The notes beneath the pieces were generated by a model. It ran no database searches, was not told where the DNA came from, and worked only from the letters and a program-made list of their open reading frames with translations. Below are positions 43,588 to 52,772 of a stretch of DNA of 61,797 nucleotides, piece after piece. Numbering within the stretch: position 1 is the stretch's first letter; each line of letters starts with the position of its first letter. The position numbers were made by a program, and so were the translations under genes. Source of the stretch: an uncultured Acidimicrobiia bacterium (lineage in GTDB: Bacteria; Actinomycetota; Acidimicrobiia; Spongiisociales; JAENVV01). The DNA lies in contig CAZTLW010000002.1 in assembly GCA_964614585.1 (NCBI GenBank), positions 1 through 61,797 of the forward strand. The letters are read 5' to 3'.

Positions 43588-44856
43588 CGCCCGACGGCGG
43601 GCCGGCCGGAGCAGCCACCACCCGGCGGCGCCGACGGCGGCGATGCCGAGGAACGGCAGCAGCGCACCGGCCGCCACGACCAGCCACTGCCAGACCCGAC
43701 CGAGCACGTCGAGGCTGCCCGCCAGGCCGTCGCCGAAGCCTGGCGGCGTGTCGGGGACGATGGCGGAGACCACGATGCCGCCGGCCGCGTTCACCGGACG
43801 GGCCTCGATCGGCTCGCCGTCGGCATCGACCGGGACGGCGGTCACCCGGGTGCGGCCCTGCAGGGTCCGCTCGACGGTGACGGGCGCCGCCAGCACGATC
43901 GACTGTCCCGGCTCGATGACGCCTTCGGGGTCGCCGAAGACGGCCACGAGGTCGTCGGGTCCGATGCCGAGCACGTCGTCGTCCACCTCGATCGAGGTCA
44001 GCGGCGTGTCGCCGACGTTGGCCACCTCCAGGCAGACCGTGACGTCGGTGCCCCGCTCGACGGTCGGTGCGGTGTCGCCCGGGCAGGCGAGCCCGAGGTC
44101 GTCGGTGCCGGGGTAGCCGGTCACCACGACCGCCACCGCCGGGGCGGCGGCCGCCTCGGTGAAGGTGACGCGGATCGTGGTCAGGGCCACGGCATCGGTC
44201 AGCGTCCGGAGCCGGCCGCGCAGGACCTCGAGGTCGGTCTCCCGCTCGAGGAGTTGGCCTTCGAGGGTGGCGACGTCGTCGATGTCGGCCGCGTCGGCGA
44301 GCAGTGCCCGCAGCCGGGCTACCGAGGCCTCGGCGGTGGCGATCCGACTCTCGAGGTCCACCACCTGCTCGGTGACGTCGTCGGCGTCGACCCGCTGGGA
44401 CCGGACCTCCCCCAGGGCGCCGAGTTCGTCGAGTACCCGTCGGAAGTCGGCGGGGGCCACACGAATCGTGAGGGTGGTCCGGGGCTCGGGGTCGGCGACC
44501 GACTCCTCCCCCACCACCAGCCCCCCGAGTCGCTCGACCGTCCGGATTGCCTCGTCGACCGTGCTCGACACGTCGGCGACGGCCACCGTCACCTCGCCCG
44601 TGTACACGATGTCCCGGCCCTCGGCGAGATCGGCCTCCGATACACCGGGGTCGGCGCCGACTGCCTCGTCCGTGGCGGTACCCGGCGCCGCCGAGCCGTC
44701 GCCGCCCGAGGTCGCCTCGTCGGCGGAACGTCCCGACTCGACACCGGGCACGTCGTCGACCTCGGCTCCGATGGTGCCGAAGGTGCTGTCCAGGGCGCCG
44801 GTGCAGGCCCCGGCGGCCAGTGCCACCACGGCGATGAGCAGGGTGAGTCGTCGCAT
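43489..44856 (-). CDS. DUF4349-like lipoprotein with a C-terminal TM anchor
   Basis: Lipobox LAAGAC after MRRLTLLIAVVA, with a GGAAGGAG RBS. The coiled-coil segment ..VVDLESRIATAEASVARLRALL.. is typical of DUF4349. The 3' end overlaps rraA by 99 nt. Confidence 0.7.
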   Translation of the reverse strand: MRRLTLLIAVVALAAGACTGALDSTFGTIGAEVDDVPGVESGRSADEATSGGDGSAAPGTATDEAVGADPGVSEADLAEGRDIVYTGEVTVAVADVSSTVDEAIRTVERLGGLVVGEESVADPEPRTTLTIRVAPADFRRVLDELGALGEVRSQRVDADDVTEQVVDLESRIATAEASVARLRALLADAADIDDVATLEGQLLERETDLEVLRGRLRTLTDAVALTTIRVTFTEAAAAPAVAVVVTGYPGTDDLGLACPGDTAPTVERGTDVTVCLEVANVGDTPLTSIEVDDDVLGIGPDDLVAVFGDPEGVIEPGQSIVLAAPVTVERTLQGRTRVTAVPVDADGEPIEARPVNAAGGIVVSAIVPDTPPGFGDGLAGSLDVLGRVWQWLVVAAGALLPFLGIAAVGAAGWWLLRPARRRASVVDGDVGHDDPVAVGVQPGAGPELDAGESDR

Positions 44857-45016
44857 GGGATCTCCTTCCGTCACCGGTGGGACGCCGGCGAAGGCCCGAT
44901 CGGTTCCCGCTGGCGTGGTGCCATGACGAATTCATCCCATCGTCCATTGACCACCGTCGCGGCGCGGCGCGACGATGGGCGGTAACCGATCGGATCGGCG
45001 ACCGGGGAGGTCGGAG

Positions 45017-45547
45017 ATGCAGGCAGTCGTGATCTACGAGTCCATGTTCGGCAACACCCGCGAGATCGCCGAGCGCGTCGCCGAGGCGTTGGCGCCGCGG
45101 ATGGACGTCGTCGTCGAGGAGGTCGGACATGCCCGCCGGTCGCTCGACGAGGATGTCGGCCTCGTCGTCCTCGGTGGGCCGACCCGGGCACTCGGTTCGA
45201 GCCGTCGGTCGGTGGGTGTCTCGTTGCCGGCCACCGATCCGCTCGCACCACTCGGGACCGGGCTGCGGGGGTGGCTGGACGGCTTCGTGGCGGCCGGCGT
45301 GCCCCGGTTCGCCACCTTCGACACCCGGCTCGACCACCCCCGCCGCCCCGGTTCGGCGGCCGAGGCCGCGGCCGGCCGGTTGTGCGAGCTCGGCTTCGGC
45401 CTCGTCGCCGACCCCGAGACGTTCTGGGTCCGCAACACGGTCGGTCCGCTGTGCCCGGACGAGGCCGACCGGGCCCGGCGATGGGGCGACTCGATCGCCG
45501 CGACGGCGACGCTCCCGGCGGCCGACGCCACCCTGGGAGCGCGCTGA
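45017..45547 (+). CDS. Flavodoxin-like domain protein (paralog 1)
   Basis: MQAVVIYESMFGNTREIAERVAEAL.., ..LVVLGGPT.. and ..FATFDTR... Confidence 0.65.
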   Translation: MQAVVIYESMFGNTREIAERVAEALAPRMDVVVEEVGHARRSLDEDVGLVVLGGPTRALGSSRRSVGVSLPATDPLAPLGTGLRGWLDGFVAAGVPRFATFDTRLDHPRRPGSAAEAAAGRLCELGFGLVADPETFWVRNTVGPLCPDEADRARRWGDSIAATATLPAADATLGAR

Positions 45548-46068
45548 TGCGAGCGCTCATCGTCTACGAGTCGATGTACGGGAACACCCGGGACGTGGCC
45601 ACGGCCATCGCCGAGGGGGTGGGCCGGGCGGCCGCGGTCGACCTGTCCGAGGTGGGTGCGGCCCCCACGGAGGTCGAGGAGTCGGTCGACCTCGTCGTGG
45701 TCGGCGGACCAACCCACGCGTTCTCGATGAGCCGCGACGGGACCCGGGCCGACGCCGCCAAGAACGAGCCCGACCTCGAGATCGTCTCCTCCTCCATCGG
45801 GATCCGAGAGTGGCTCGACCGGGTCCGGGTGCTCGGATCGCCGGGGTTCGCCACCTTCGACACGAAGGTGATCCGTCCGCGGCTGCCCGGCTCGGCTGCG
45901 GGCGCCGCCCGGAAGCGGGTCCGGCACCTCGGCTTCGAGATGGTCGCCGACCCCGAGTCGTTCTGGGTCGAGGGCGGAGCGGGTCCCCTGACCGCCGGCG
46001 AGATGGAACGAGCGGTGGCGTGGGGCGAATCGGTCGCCCGCGCGGCCATGGGAGCGGCGGTCGACTGA
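45547..46068 (+). CDS. Flavodoxin-like domain protein (paralog 2)
   Basis: MRALIVYESMYGNTRDVATAIAEGV.., ..LVVVGGPTHAF.. and ..FATFDTK... The start ATG overlaps the paralog-1 stop (TGATG). Confidence 0.7.
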   Translation: MRALIVYESMYGNTRDVATAIAEGVGRAAAVDLSEVGAAPTEVEESVDLVVVGGPTHAFSMSRDGTRADAAKNEPDLEIVSSSIGIREWLDRVRVLGSPGFATFDTKVIRPRLPGSAAGAARKRVRHLGFEMVADPESFWVEGGAGPLTAGEMERAVAWGESVARAAMGAAVD

Positions 46069-46096
46069 GTCGGGTGGGTACCGTGACCGCCCGGCC

Positions 46097-47047
46097 ATGG
46101 ACACCCGCCTCCTCCCCCCGACCGACGACGGGCTCGACGCCGCCGCCGACCTGCTGCGCGCCGGCGGCCTCGTGGCCTTCCCCACCGAGACGGTCTACGG
46201 CCTCGGCGCCGACGCGCTCGATGCCGCGGCGGTCGGCCGCGTCTTCGTGGCGAAGGGCCGCCCGGCCGACAACCCCCTCATCGTGCACCTGACCGACGGC
46301 GACGACCTGACGGGGGTGGTGGCCCGAGTCACCCCCCTCGCCGGTCGGCTGGCGGCCGAGTTCTGGCCCGGTCCGCTGACGCTCGTGCTCGAGGCCCATC
46401 CAGACGTCCCGGCCCCCACGACCGCCGGGCTCGACACCGTGGCCGTGCGGGTGCCCGACCACCCCGTGGCCATCGCCTTCCTGGCGGCCGCCGGCGTGCC
46501 GGTGGCGGCACCGTCCGCCAACCGTTCGGGGCGCCCGTCCCCGACCACCGCCGCCCACGTGATGGCCGACCTCGGTGGCCTGATCGAGGCGGTCGTCGAT
46601 GGCGGTCCGTGCACGATCGGCCTCGAGTCGACCGTGGTCGATGCCCGCGGCGATCGGCCGGTCGTGCTGCGCGAAGGCGCCGTCACCCGGGAGGAGCTCG
46701 GCCTCGTGGGTTCGGGCGATGGCGATACCGGTCGCTCCCCCGGCACCCGCCACCGCCACTACCAACCGGCCTGCCGGGTGGAGGTTGCCGAACCGGGCAC
46801 GGCCGCCGCCCGGGCAACGCACCTGGCGATGGGGGGTGAACAGGTCGGGCTCCTCGCCGCCTCGGCGGCGCCGGCGGGCGTGGTCGGGTTGGGACGGTTT
46901 CACGGCGCCGGCGAACTCGCGGCGATGCTGTACGACGCCCTACGGCGGGCCGAGGACGCCGACCTCGACGTGGTCGTGGTGGAGACCGTCACCGAGCGCG
47001 GGGTGGGCCGGGCCGTGATGGATCGCTTGCGACGGGCGGCCGGCTGA
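46097..47047 (+). CDS. tsaC: L-threonylcarbamoyladenylate synthase (TsaC/Sua5, long form)
   Basis: ..VAFPTETVYGLGADA.., ..KGRPADNPLIVH.. and ..APSANRSGRPSPT... Confidence 0.9.
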   Translation: MDTRLLPPTDDGLDAAADLLRAGGLVAFPTETVYGLGADALDAAAVGRVFVAKGRPADNPLIVHLTDGDDLTGVVARVTPLAGRLAAEFWPGPLTLVLEAHPDVPAPTTAGLDTVAVRVPDHPVAIAFLAAAGVPVAAPSANRSGRPSPTTAAHVMADLGGLIEAVVDGGPCTIGLESTVVDARGDRPVVLREGAVTREELGLVGSGDGDTGRSPGTRHRHYQPACRVEVAEPGTAAARATHLAMGGEQVGLLAASAAPAGVVGLGRFHGAGELAAMLYDALRRAEDADLDVVVVETVTERGVGRAVMDRLRRAAG

Positions 47048-47051
47048 GGAC

Positions 47052-47765
47052 TCAGCCACCCAGGTGCACCGCCAGGAAGTCGGCGATCCGCCGCCGGGCG
47101 TCCAGCGCCGACGACTCGTGGTACTCCGAGTTCGAGAAGGCCCCCGCGATCACCGCCCACCGCGGTACCTCGGCCGGGTCGTGGTCGTTCAGGAACGAGT
47201 GGCCGGCCTCGGGGTACTCGCGCACGTCGTAGGGGATGCCGTGGGCGCCGAGCGCCGCAGCCAGCCGCTCCATGTCGATCCGAAGCGAGTCCTTCGCCCC
47301 GTACGAGCCGACGACCGGGCACGACCCGGCCAGCAGGTCCAGGGCGTCCTTGGGCACGGCCCCGTAGTTGACGGACGCGGCGTCGTAGCGGCCGGTCCCG
47401 GCCAGGAGCACGGCGAACCCGCCGCCGAGACAGAATCCGACCACGCCGACCCGGCCGGTCGAGCGGGGATGCCCGGCCAGCCACGCCCGGGTCGCCTCGA
47501 GGGCGTCGAAGACATGGCCCTCCCGAAGGAGGGCCTGGCGCATCGTCTCGAAGAGGCAGCGTGCCCGACCTCCCCAGTGGAAGAGGTCGGGCGCCGCCGC
47601 CAGGAAGCCCTGCGAAGCGAGCCAGTCGGCCTGGTTGCGGAGGTCGGTCGTCATGCCAAGGGCGTCGGACACGACCAGCACGCCGGGGTGGGGGCCGGCG
47701 CCTGTCGGCTCGGCGACGTAGGCGGGCATCGAACCCTTGGGCACGTCGAGGGAGATCTCGAGCAT
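47052..47765 (-). CDS. Dienelactone hydrolase family protein
   Basis: ..GVLVVSDALG.. and the nucleophile elbow VGFCLGGG, plus ..YPEAGHSF... ATG at 47765. Confidence 0.85.
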   Translation of the reverse strand: MLEISLDVPKGSMPAYVAEPTGAGPHPGVLVVSDALGMTTDLRNQADWLASQGFLAAAPDLFHWGGRARCLFETMRQALLREGHVFDALEATRAWLAGHPRSTGRVGVVGFCLGGGFAVLLAGTGRYDAASVNYGAVPKDALDLLAGSCPVVGSYGAKDSLRIDMERLAAALGAHGIPYDVREYPEAGHSFLNDHDPAEVPRWAVIAGAFSNSEYHESSALDARRRIADFLAVHLGG

Positions 47766-47854
47766 TGGCCCATGATGGTCGCGCCCGGTGTCGGGAACAC
47801 CACCCGAAGCGCACCGCCGGGCATCGCTACGCTCCGCCGCCGGAGGGAGACCCG

Positions 47855-50800
47855 ATGACCTGTGCCAACTGCGGAGCAACGGCGGCCGAGGGCCAGCGGT
47901 TCTGCGGCCAGTGCGGGTCGGCCCTGGTGGCCGTCTGTGGGTCGTGCGGCACCGAGAACCCGCCCGGCAACCGGTTCTGCGGGGCGTGTGGTGGATCGCT
48001 GGCCGATGCGCCGACGTCGCCGACCACCTCGTCGGGGCCGACGGTCGCCGAGCGCCGGACCGTATCGGTGCTCTTCGTCGACCTGGTCGGTTTCACCTCG
48101 TTCTCCGAGGGGCGTGACCCCGAAGAGGTCCGCGCCCTCATCACCGAGTACTTCGACGTCGCCAAGGAGGCGATCGAGTGGTTCGGTGGGACCGTGGACA
48201 AGTTCATCGGCGACGCCGTCATGGCCTGGTGGGGTGCCACCACCTCCCAGGAGGACGATGCCGAGCGGGCCGTCCGAGCCGCCCTGGAGGTCGTCGATCG
48301 CGTCGCCCAACTCGGCGAGCGTCACGGCTTGTCCGAACTCGCCGCCCGCGCCGGCGTCATGACCGGGGAGGCATCGGTCGGGCCCGGCGGCAACGAGAGA
48401 GGCCTGCTGCTCGGGGACATGGTGAATGCCACGTCCCGGCTCCAGTCGCTGGCCGAGCCCGGCAGCGTCTTCGTCGGTGAGGTCACGGCCGGGCTCGTGG
48501 ACCGCGCCATCGCCCTCGAGGACGCCGGGACCCACGCCGTCAAGGGCAAGGACGAGCCGATCGTGGCCCGGCGGGCGGTTCGCGTCATCGGGGAGCGGGG
48601 GGGTGTCGGCCGCGCCGACGTCCTCGAGCCCCCGTTCGTGGGACGCGACCCCGAACTGCGACTCCTGAAGGATGCGCTCCACACGGCAGGTCGGGACGGT
48701 CGGGCCCGGCTGGTGTCGCTGGTGGGCCAGGGCGGCATCGGCAAGAGCCGGCTGGTCTGGGAGTTCCTGAAGTACATCGATGGCCTCGTCGACGACGTCT
48801 ACTGGCACGAGGGTCGTTCGCCGTCATACGGCGATGGCGTCTCGCTGTGGGCCCTCGGGGAGATGGTCCGCCAACGCGCCGGCATCAGCGAGACCGACGA
48901 CGACGCCACCACCGCCACCCGCCTCGCCGAGACGATCGAGCAGTGGGTCGACGATGCCGACCAGCGGGCGTGGATCGCGATGCGCCTCGGGGCCCTGCTC
49001 GGGGTGGGCGACGCGGTGGGCAGCGAGCGAACCGAGATCTTCGCCGCGGCCAGGGCGCTGTTCGAGGCGATCTCGGCGCACGGCACGACCGTGCTCGTGT
49101 TCGAGGACCTGCAGTGGGCGGATCCCGGTCTGTTGGAGTTCATCGAGGAACTCCCCGATTGGTCCCAGAACCATCCCATCCTCGTGGTCACGGCGACCCG
49201 CCCCGACCTGTTGGACCGTCGACCCGACTGGGGCTCGGGGCGACGCGGCTTCACCTCGGTCTACCTCGCCCCGCTCGCGGACCAGGAGATGGGCGACTTG
49301 ATCGCCGGGGCGGTGCCCGGGATACCCGCCTCGGCAGTCGGCCGGATCACCGCCGCGGCAGGCGGCGTGCCGTTGTTCGCGGTGGAGATGCTCCGGACCC
49401 TGCTCGCCGACGGACGCCTGGCGATGGTCGACGGAACCGCGGCGGTCACCGGTGACCTGACCGAGATCGAGGTCCCGTCGTCGGTGCAGGCCGTCATCGC
49501 TGCCCGCCTCGACCGGTTGCCCGCCGAGGAACGGGAGTTGGCCCGGGACGCCTCCGTGCTCGGCCATTCGTTCACCGTCGACGGCCTCACCGCCCTGCGT
49601 GACGACGATGCCGACAAGGTCGAGCGGCGACTCGGCGACCTCGTCCGCCACGAGATCCTCGAACTGAACCGGGACCCCCGCTCCCCCGAGCGGGGCCAGT
49701 ACCGCTGGGTCCAGAGCCTGCTGAAGGAGGTCGCCTACGGCCGGATCGGCAGGTCCGACCGCCACGACCTCCACCTGCGGGCCGCCCGCTACTTCCGGGG
49801 CCTCGACGACCCGGAGCTGGCACCGGTGGCGGCCTCGCACTACGTGTCGGCGGTCGAGGTGGCACCGCCGTCGGACGACCTCCAGGCGGAGCTCGTGGCG
49901 GCACTCGAGGCGGCGATCGAACGGGCGAAGTCGATCTACGCCCACGAACAGATCATCACGCTGGTGGACCTGGCCCTGCCGGTGGTCTCGGGCTCGCTCG
50001 AGGTCGACCTCCGGGAGGCTGCCGCCCGTTCGGCCGTCGCCCTCGGCGACGCCGAGGCCGCCGATCGCCATGTCGAGGCACTGCTTGCCCGGGACCTCGA
50101 CGAGGCGACCCGCCACCGTGTCGTCGCCCTGGCCGGCTGGGTCTTCAACAACAGCTACCGGTCGGACCGGGCGATCGACGTGCTCTCGGCGCACCTCGCC
50201 GCCCATCCCGACGTGCTGGCGCATCCCGACCTCGCCCGGTCCGCCGTCTACCTCGCCCGGGCCGAGATGCTCGCCGGGCGCGAGGTGGAGATGGCGGGCG
50301 ATGCGGCGATCGGGGCGGCCGAGGCCTTCGGACTGGTCGACGAGATCGCCGATGCGATGATCACCCGGGGCACCATCCTCGCCGATTCGCACCGACCCCA
50401 CCAGGGCATGACGCTGATCAAGGGCGGTGTCGAGCTCGCCCGCCGGCACGGCCACACCGAGACCGTCCTCCGCGGCCTCATCAACGTCGGCTATGCCTCG
50501 AAGGATTTCGACGAGCGTTGGGCCGCAACGGTGGAGGCGTTCGACGAGGCGAAGCGAATCGGCAACCGGGCGATGGCGAGCTTCGTCGCCGGCAACCTGT
50601 TCGGCGCCCTCTCGCACGCGCTCGACCTCGATGCCTGTGAGGCGATCCTCGACGACCCGGTGCTGACGGCCCACTCCCCGGCCCAACGCTTCCACCAGGC
50701 GGTCGGCCGGGCGAGCGTCCTCCGCCTCCGCGGCGAGACCGAGGCCTGGGCCGAGCAGATGGCCGAGCTCGAGCGTCTGCGCCCCGAGGTCTCGGACCCC

Positions 50801-51292
50801 CAGATGCTGGCGATGTTCGACCACGAGCGTGTGTCCGAGCGCCTGCTGGCGGGCGACTACCGGGCCCGGCACGACGACGCCACTCGGCGGTTCCGGGAGT
50901 CTCCGTGGAACCGGTCGGACTCGGCCGGGGACATGCTCTGGGGCGCCACCATGCTCGGCGATCGGGACCTCATCGACGAGGCCGTCGAGATCGTCGCCTC
51001 ACTCCCGCAGGGCGATGCCGAGGAGATCCGGCTTCGTGTGGCGTCCGCCGTGTCGGCGATCCTCGACGGCGACATCGCCACGGGCGTGGACCTCGCCGAC
51101 GAGACGCTTGCCCTCGCCCTGTCGAAGACGCCGCCGTGGCGCATGGGCGCGGTCGACGCCGCCATGGCCTTCATCCGCCACCTCGCACCAAGTCCGGACC
51201 GCGACCGGTACGTGTCGGTGGTGCGCGACATCGTCGCCGAGACGGGAGCCGTCGGCCTCGTCGACTGGCTCGAGCGAGAACTCGCCTCCTGA
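47855..51292 (+). CDS. Double zinc-ribbon + class III adenylate/guanylate cyclase + AAA(STAND-type) ATPase + TPR-like repeat protein
   Basis: CANCG..CGQCG..CGSCG..CGACG; cyclase ..VLFVDLVGFT..KFIGDAVMAWWG..GDMVNATSRLQS; P-loop LVGQGGIGKSRL; then a long helical repeat tail. GGAGGGAG RBS. Confidence 0.88.
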   Translation: MTCANCGATAAEGQRFCGQCGSALVAVCGSCGTENPPGNRFCGACGGSLADAPTSPTTSSGPTVAERRTVSVLFVDLVGFTSFSEGRDPEEVRALITEYFDVAKEAIEWFGGTVDKFIGDAVMAWWGATTSQEDDAERAVRAALEVVDRVAQLGERHGLSELAARAGVMTGEASVGPGGNERGLLLGDMVNATSRLQSLAEPGSVFVGEVTAGLVDRAIALEDAGTHAVKGKDEPIVARRAVRVIGERGGVGRADVLEPPFVGRDPELRLLKDALHTAGRDGRARLVSLVGQGGIGKSRLVWEFLKYIDGLVDDVYWHEGRSPSYGDGVSLWALGEMVRQRAGISETDDDATTATRLAETIEQWVDDADQRAWIAMRLGALLGVGDAVGSERTEIFAAARALFEAISAHGTTVLVFEDLQWADPGLLEFIEELPDWSQNHPILVVTATRPDLLDRRPDWGSGRRGFTSVYLAPLADQEMGDLIAGAVPGIPASAVGRITAAAGGVPLFAVEMLRTLLADGRLAMVDGTAAVTGDLTEIEVPSSVQAVIAARLDRLPAEERELARDASVLGHSFTVDGLTALRDDDADKVERRLGDLVRHEILELNRDPRSPERGQYRWVQSLLKEVAYGRIGRSDRHDLHLRAARYFRGLDDPELAPVAASHYVSAVEVAPPSDDLQAELVAALEAAIERAKSIYAHEQIITLVDLALPVVSGSLEVDLREAAARSAVALGDAEAADRHVEALLARDLDEATRHRVVALAGWVFNNSYRSDRAIDVLSAHLAAHPDVLAHPDLARSAVYLARAEMLAGREVEMAGDAAIGAAEAFGLVDEIADAMITRGTILADSHRPHQGMTLIKGGVELARRHGHTETVLRGLINVGYASKDFDERWAATVEAFDEAKRIGNRAMASFVAGNLFGALSHALDLDACEAILDDPVLTAHSPAQRFHQAVGRASVLRLRGETEAWAEQMAELERLRPEVSDPQMLAMFDHERVSERLLAGDYRARHDDATRRFRESPWNRSDSAGDMLWGATMLGDRDLIDEAVEIVASLPQGDAEEIRLRVASAVSAILDGDIATGVDLADETLALALSKTPPWRMGAVDAAMAFIRHLAPSPDRDRYVSVVRDIVAETGAVGLVDWLERELAS

Positions 51293-51320
51293 TCCGGCTC
51301 CCCGACCCGGCTCCGTACCC

Positions 51321-52307
51321 ATGGCGATGGCCTCCTCCCCCGTCCTGATCGTCGGCGCCGGCATGGCCGGCCTCACCGCCGCCCGCGTGCTCCACGACGC
51401 CGGCATCGACTCGATCGTCGTCGACAAGGGCCGGGCGGTCGGCGGACGCATGGCGACCCGCACCGTCGACGGCGCCCGCTTCGACCATGGTGCCCAGCAC
51501 TTCAGCGCCCGATCGGACGAGTTCCGGGCGATGCTGGACGACCTGGTCGAGGCCGACGTCGTCGTCGAGTGGTACCGGTCCGAGAGCCTCACCAACCCCG
51601 ACCGGGGCGTCGAGCCTCGCCATGTCGGTCTCGGCGGGATGCGGCGGGTGCCCGAGCACCTCGCAAGGGGCCTCGATGTCCGCACCCCTGTCGTGGTCGA
51701 ACGACTCGAGATGACCGTCGATGGAGTGACCGCCCTCGTCGACGGACTCCCCGTCGCCACCGGTGCGGCGGCGATCCTGACCCCGCCCCTCCCCCAGACC
51801 CGGGACCTGCTCGCTGCGTCGGGGATCGACCTCGACCCGGCTGCCCGGGCGATGCTCGACCCCATCGACTACGACGCCTGTCTCGCCGTCATGGCCCACC
51901 TGAACGGCCCGTCGGGTCTGCCCGACGGCCACGCCACCCCGGGCGACGGCGGCGTCGCCTGGGTGGCCGACAACCAGCACAAGGGGACCTCGCCGCTCCC
52001 GGCGATCACGATCCACTCCACACCCGAATTCGCCGCCGACCGCCTCGAGGACGACCCGCGGGACTGGGTGGCCGACCTCGTCGCCGCCACCGAGCCGCAC
52101 CTGGCGTCGTCGGTCGTCTCGGCCGGCGGGCATCGCTGGCGGTACGCGATGCCCCGTCGCACCCTCGACATCGGCACGCTCCCGGTCTCCGACGACCCAC
52201 CGATCCTCCTCGCCGGCGAGGTCTTCGCCGGGGCCCGGGTCGAGGGCGCCTTCCGATCCGGGCTCGCCGCAGCCCACCACCTACTGGGGGCGTCATCCGC
52301 CACGTGA
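51321..52307 (+). CDS. NAD(P)/FAD-dependent oxidoreductase (renalase/amine-oxidase-like)
   Basis: Rossmann VLIVGAGMAGLTAA..VVDKGRAVGGR.. and C-terminal ..LAGEVF..ARVEGAFRSG. Confidence 0.8.
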   Translation: MAMASSPVLIVGAGMAGLTAARVLHDAGIDSIVVDKGRAVGGRMATRTVDGARFDHGAQHFSARSDEFRAMLDDLVEADVVVEWYRSESLTNPDRGVEPRHVGLGGMRRVPEHLARGLDVRTPVVVERLEMTVDGVTALVDGLPVATGAAAILTPPLPQTRDLLAASGIDLDPAARAMLDPIDYDACLAVMAHLNGPSGLPDGHATPGDGGVAWVADNQHKGTSPLPAITIHSTPEFAADRLEDDPRDWVADLVAATEPHLASSVVSAGGHRWRYAMPRRTLDIGTLPVSDDPPILLAGEVFAGARVEGAFRSGLAAAHHLLGASSAT

Positions 52308-52684
52308 GCGCCTCGGCCGAGGTGGACGCGCCCGCTGCCGACGTCTGGTCGCTCCTGGCTCGGTTCGACCGGTGGCCGGCGTGGGGCCCATCGATCACCT
52401 CGGTCGAGGCCGACGCCGACGAGGTCGCTCCCGGGGTCACGGGTCGGGTCCGGACGGCGGTCGGCGTGTGGCTGCCGTTCGAGATCACCGGGGTTCTGCC
52501 CGGCCGATCGTGGGACTGGCGGGTCGCCGGCATCCCGGCCACCGGTCACCGGGTCGACCCGATCGACGACCGGCGGTCCAGGGTGACGTTCACGACGCCG
52601 TGGCCGACGGCGCCGTATCTGGCAGTGCTGGCGGTCGCGCTGGGGCGGATCCGCCGACTGGCTACCCGAACGCCTGGATCGTGA
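52304..52684 (+). CDS. SRPBCC (polyketide cyclase/START-like) family protein
   Basis: VSASAEVDAPAADVWSLLARFDRWPAWGP.. is typical of SRPBCC N-termini. The GTG overlaps the upstream stop (GTGA). Confidence 0.62.
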   Translation: MSASAEVDAPAADVWSLLARFDRWPAWGPSITSVEADADEVAPGVTGRVRTAVGVWLPFEITGVLPGRSWDWRVAGIPATGHRVDPIDDRRSRVTFTTPWPTAPYLAVLAVALGRIRRLATRTPGS

Positions 52685-52772
52685 GCCAGACCCAGACCAC
52701 GACCACCGCCACCGCTCCGACGGCCAGGGCCAGCCAGCCCCAGTGACCGCGTTCGGGCGGCTCGGGGTTCAT
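52662..52772 (-). CDS. Possible 36-aa membrane peptide coupled to zwf
   Basis: My own translation is MNPEPPERGHWGWLALAVGAVAVVVVWVWLTIQAFG*. Its ATG overlaps the zwf stop (ATGA). Composition is the only support. Confidence 0.3.
   Translation of the reverse strand: MNPEPPERGHWGWLALAVGAVAVVVVWVWLTIQAFG

Noticed and set aside
48824-50872. 682-aa minus-strand ORF inside the cyclase-AAA-TPR gene, and the 385-aa ORF 47651..48808
   Set aside because: They are antisense to a frame with clear cyclase and P-loop motifs and have no motifs of their own.
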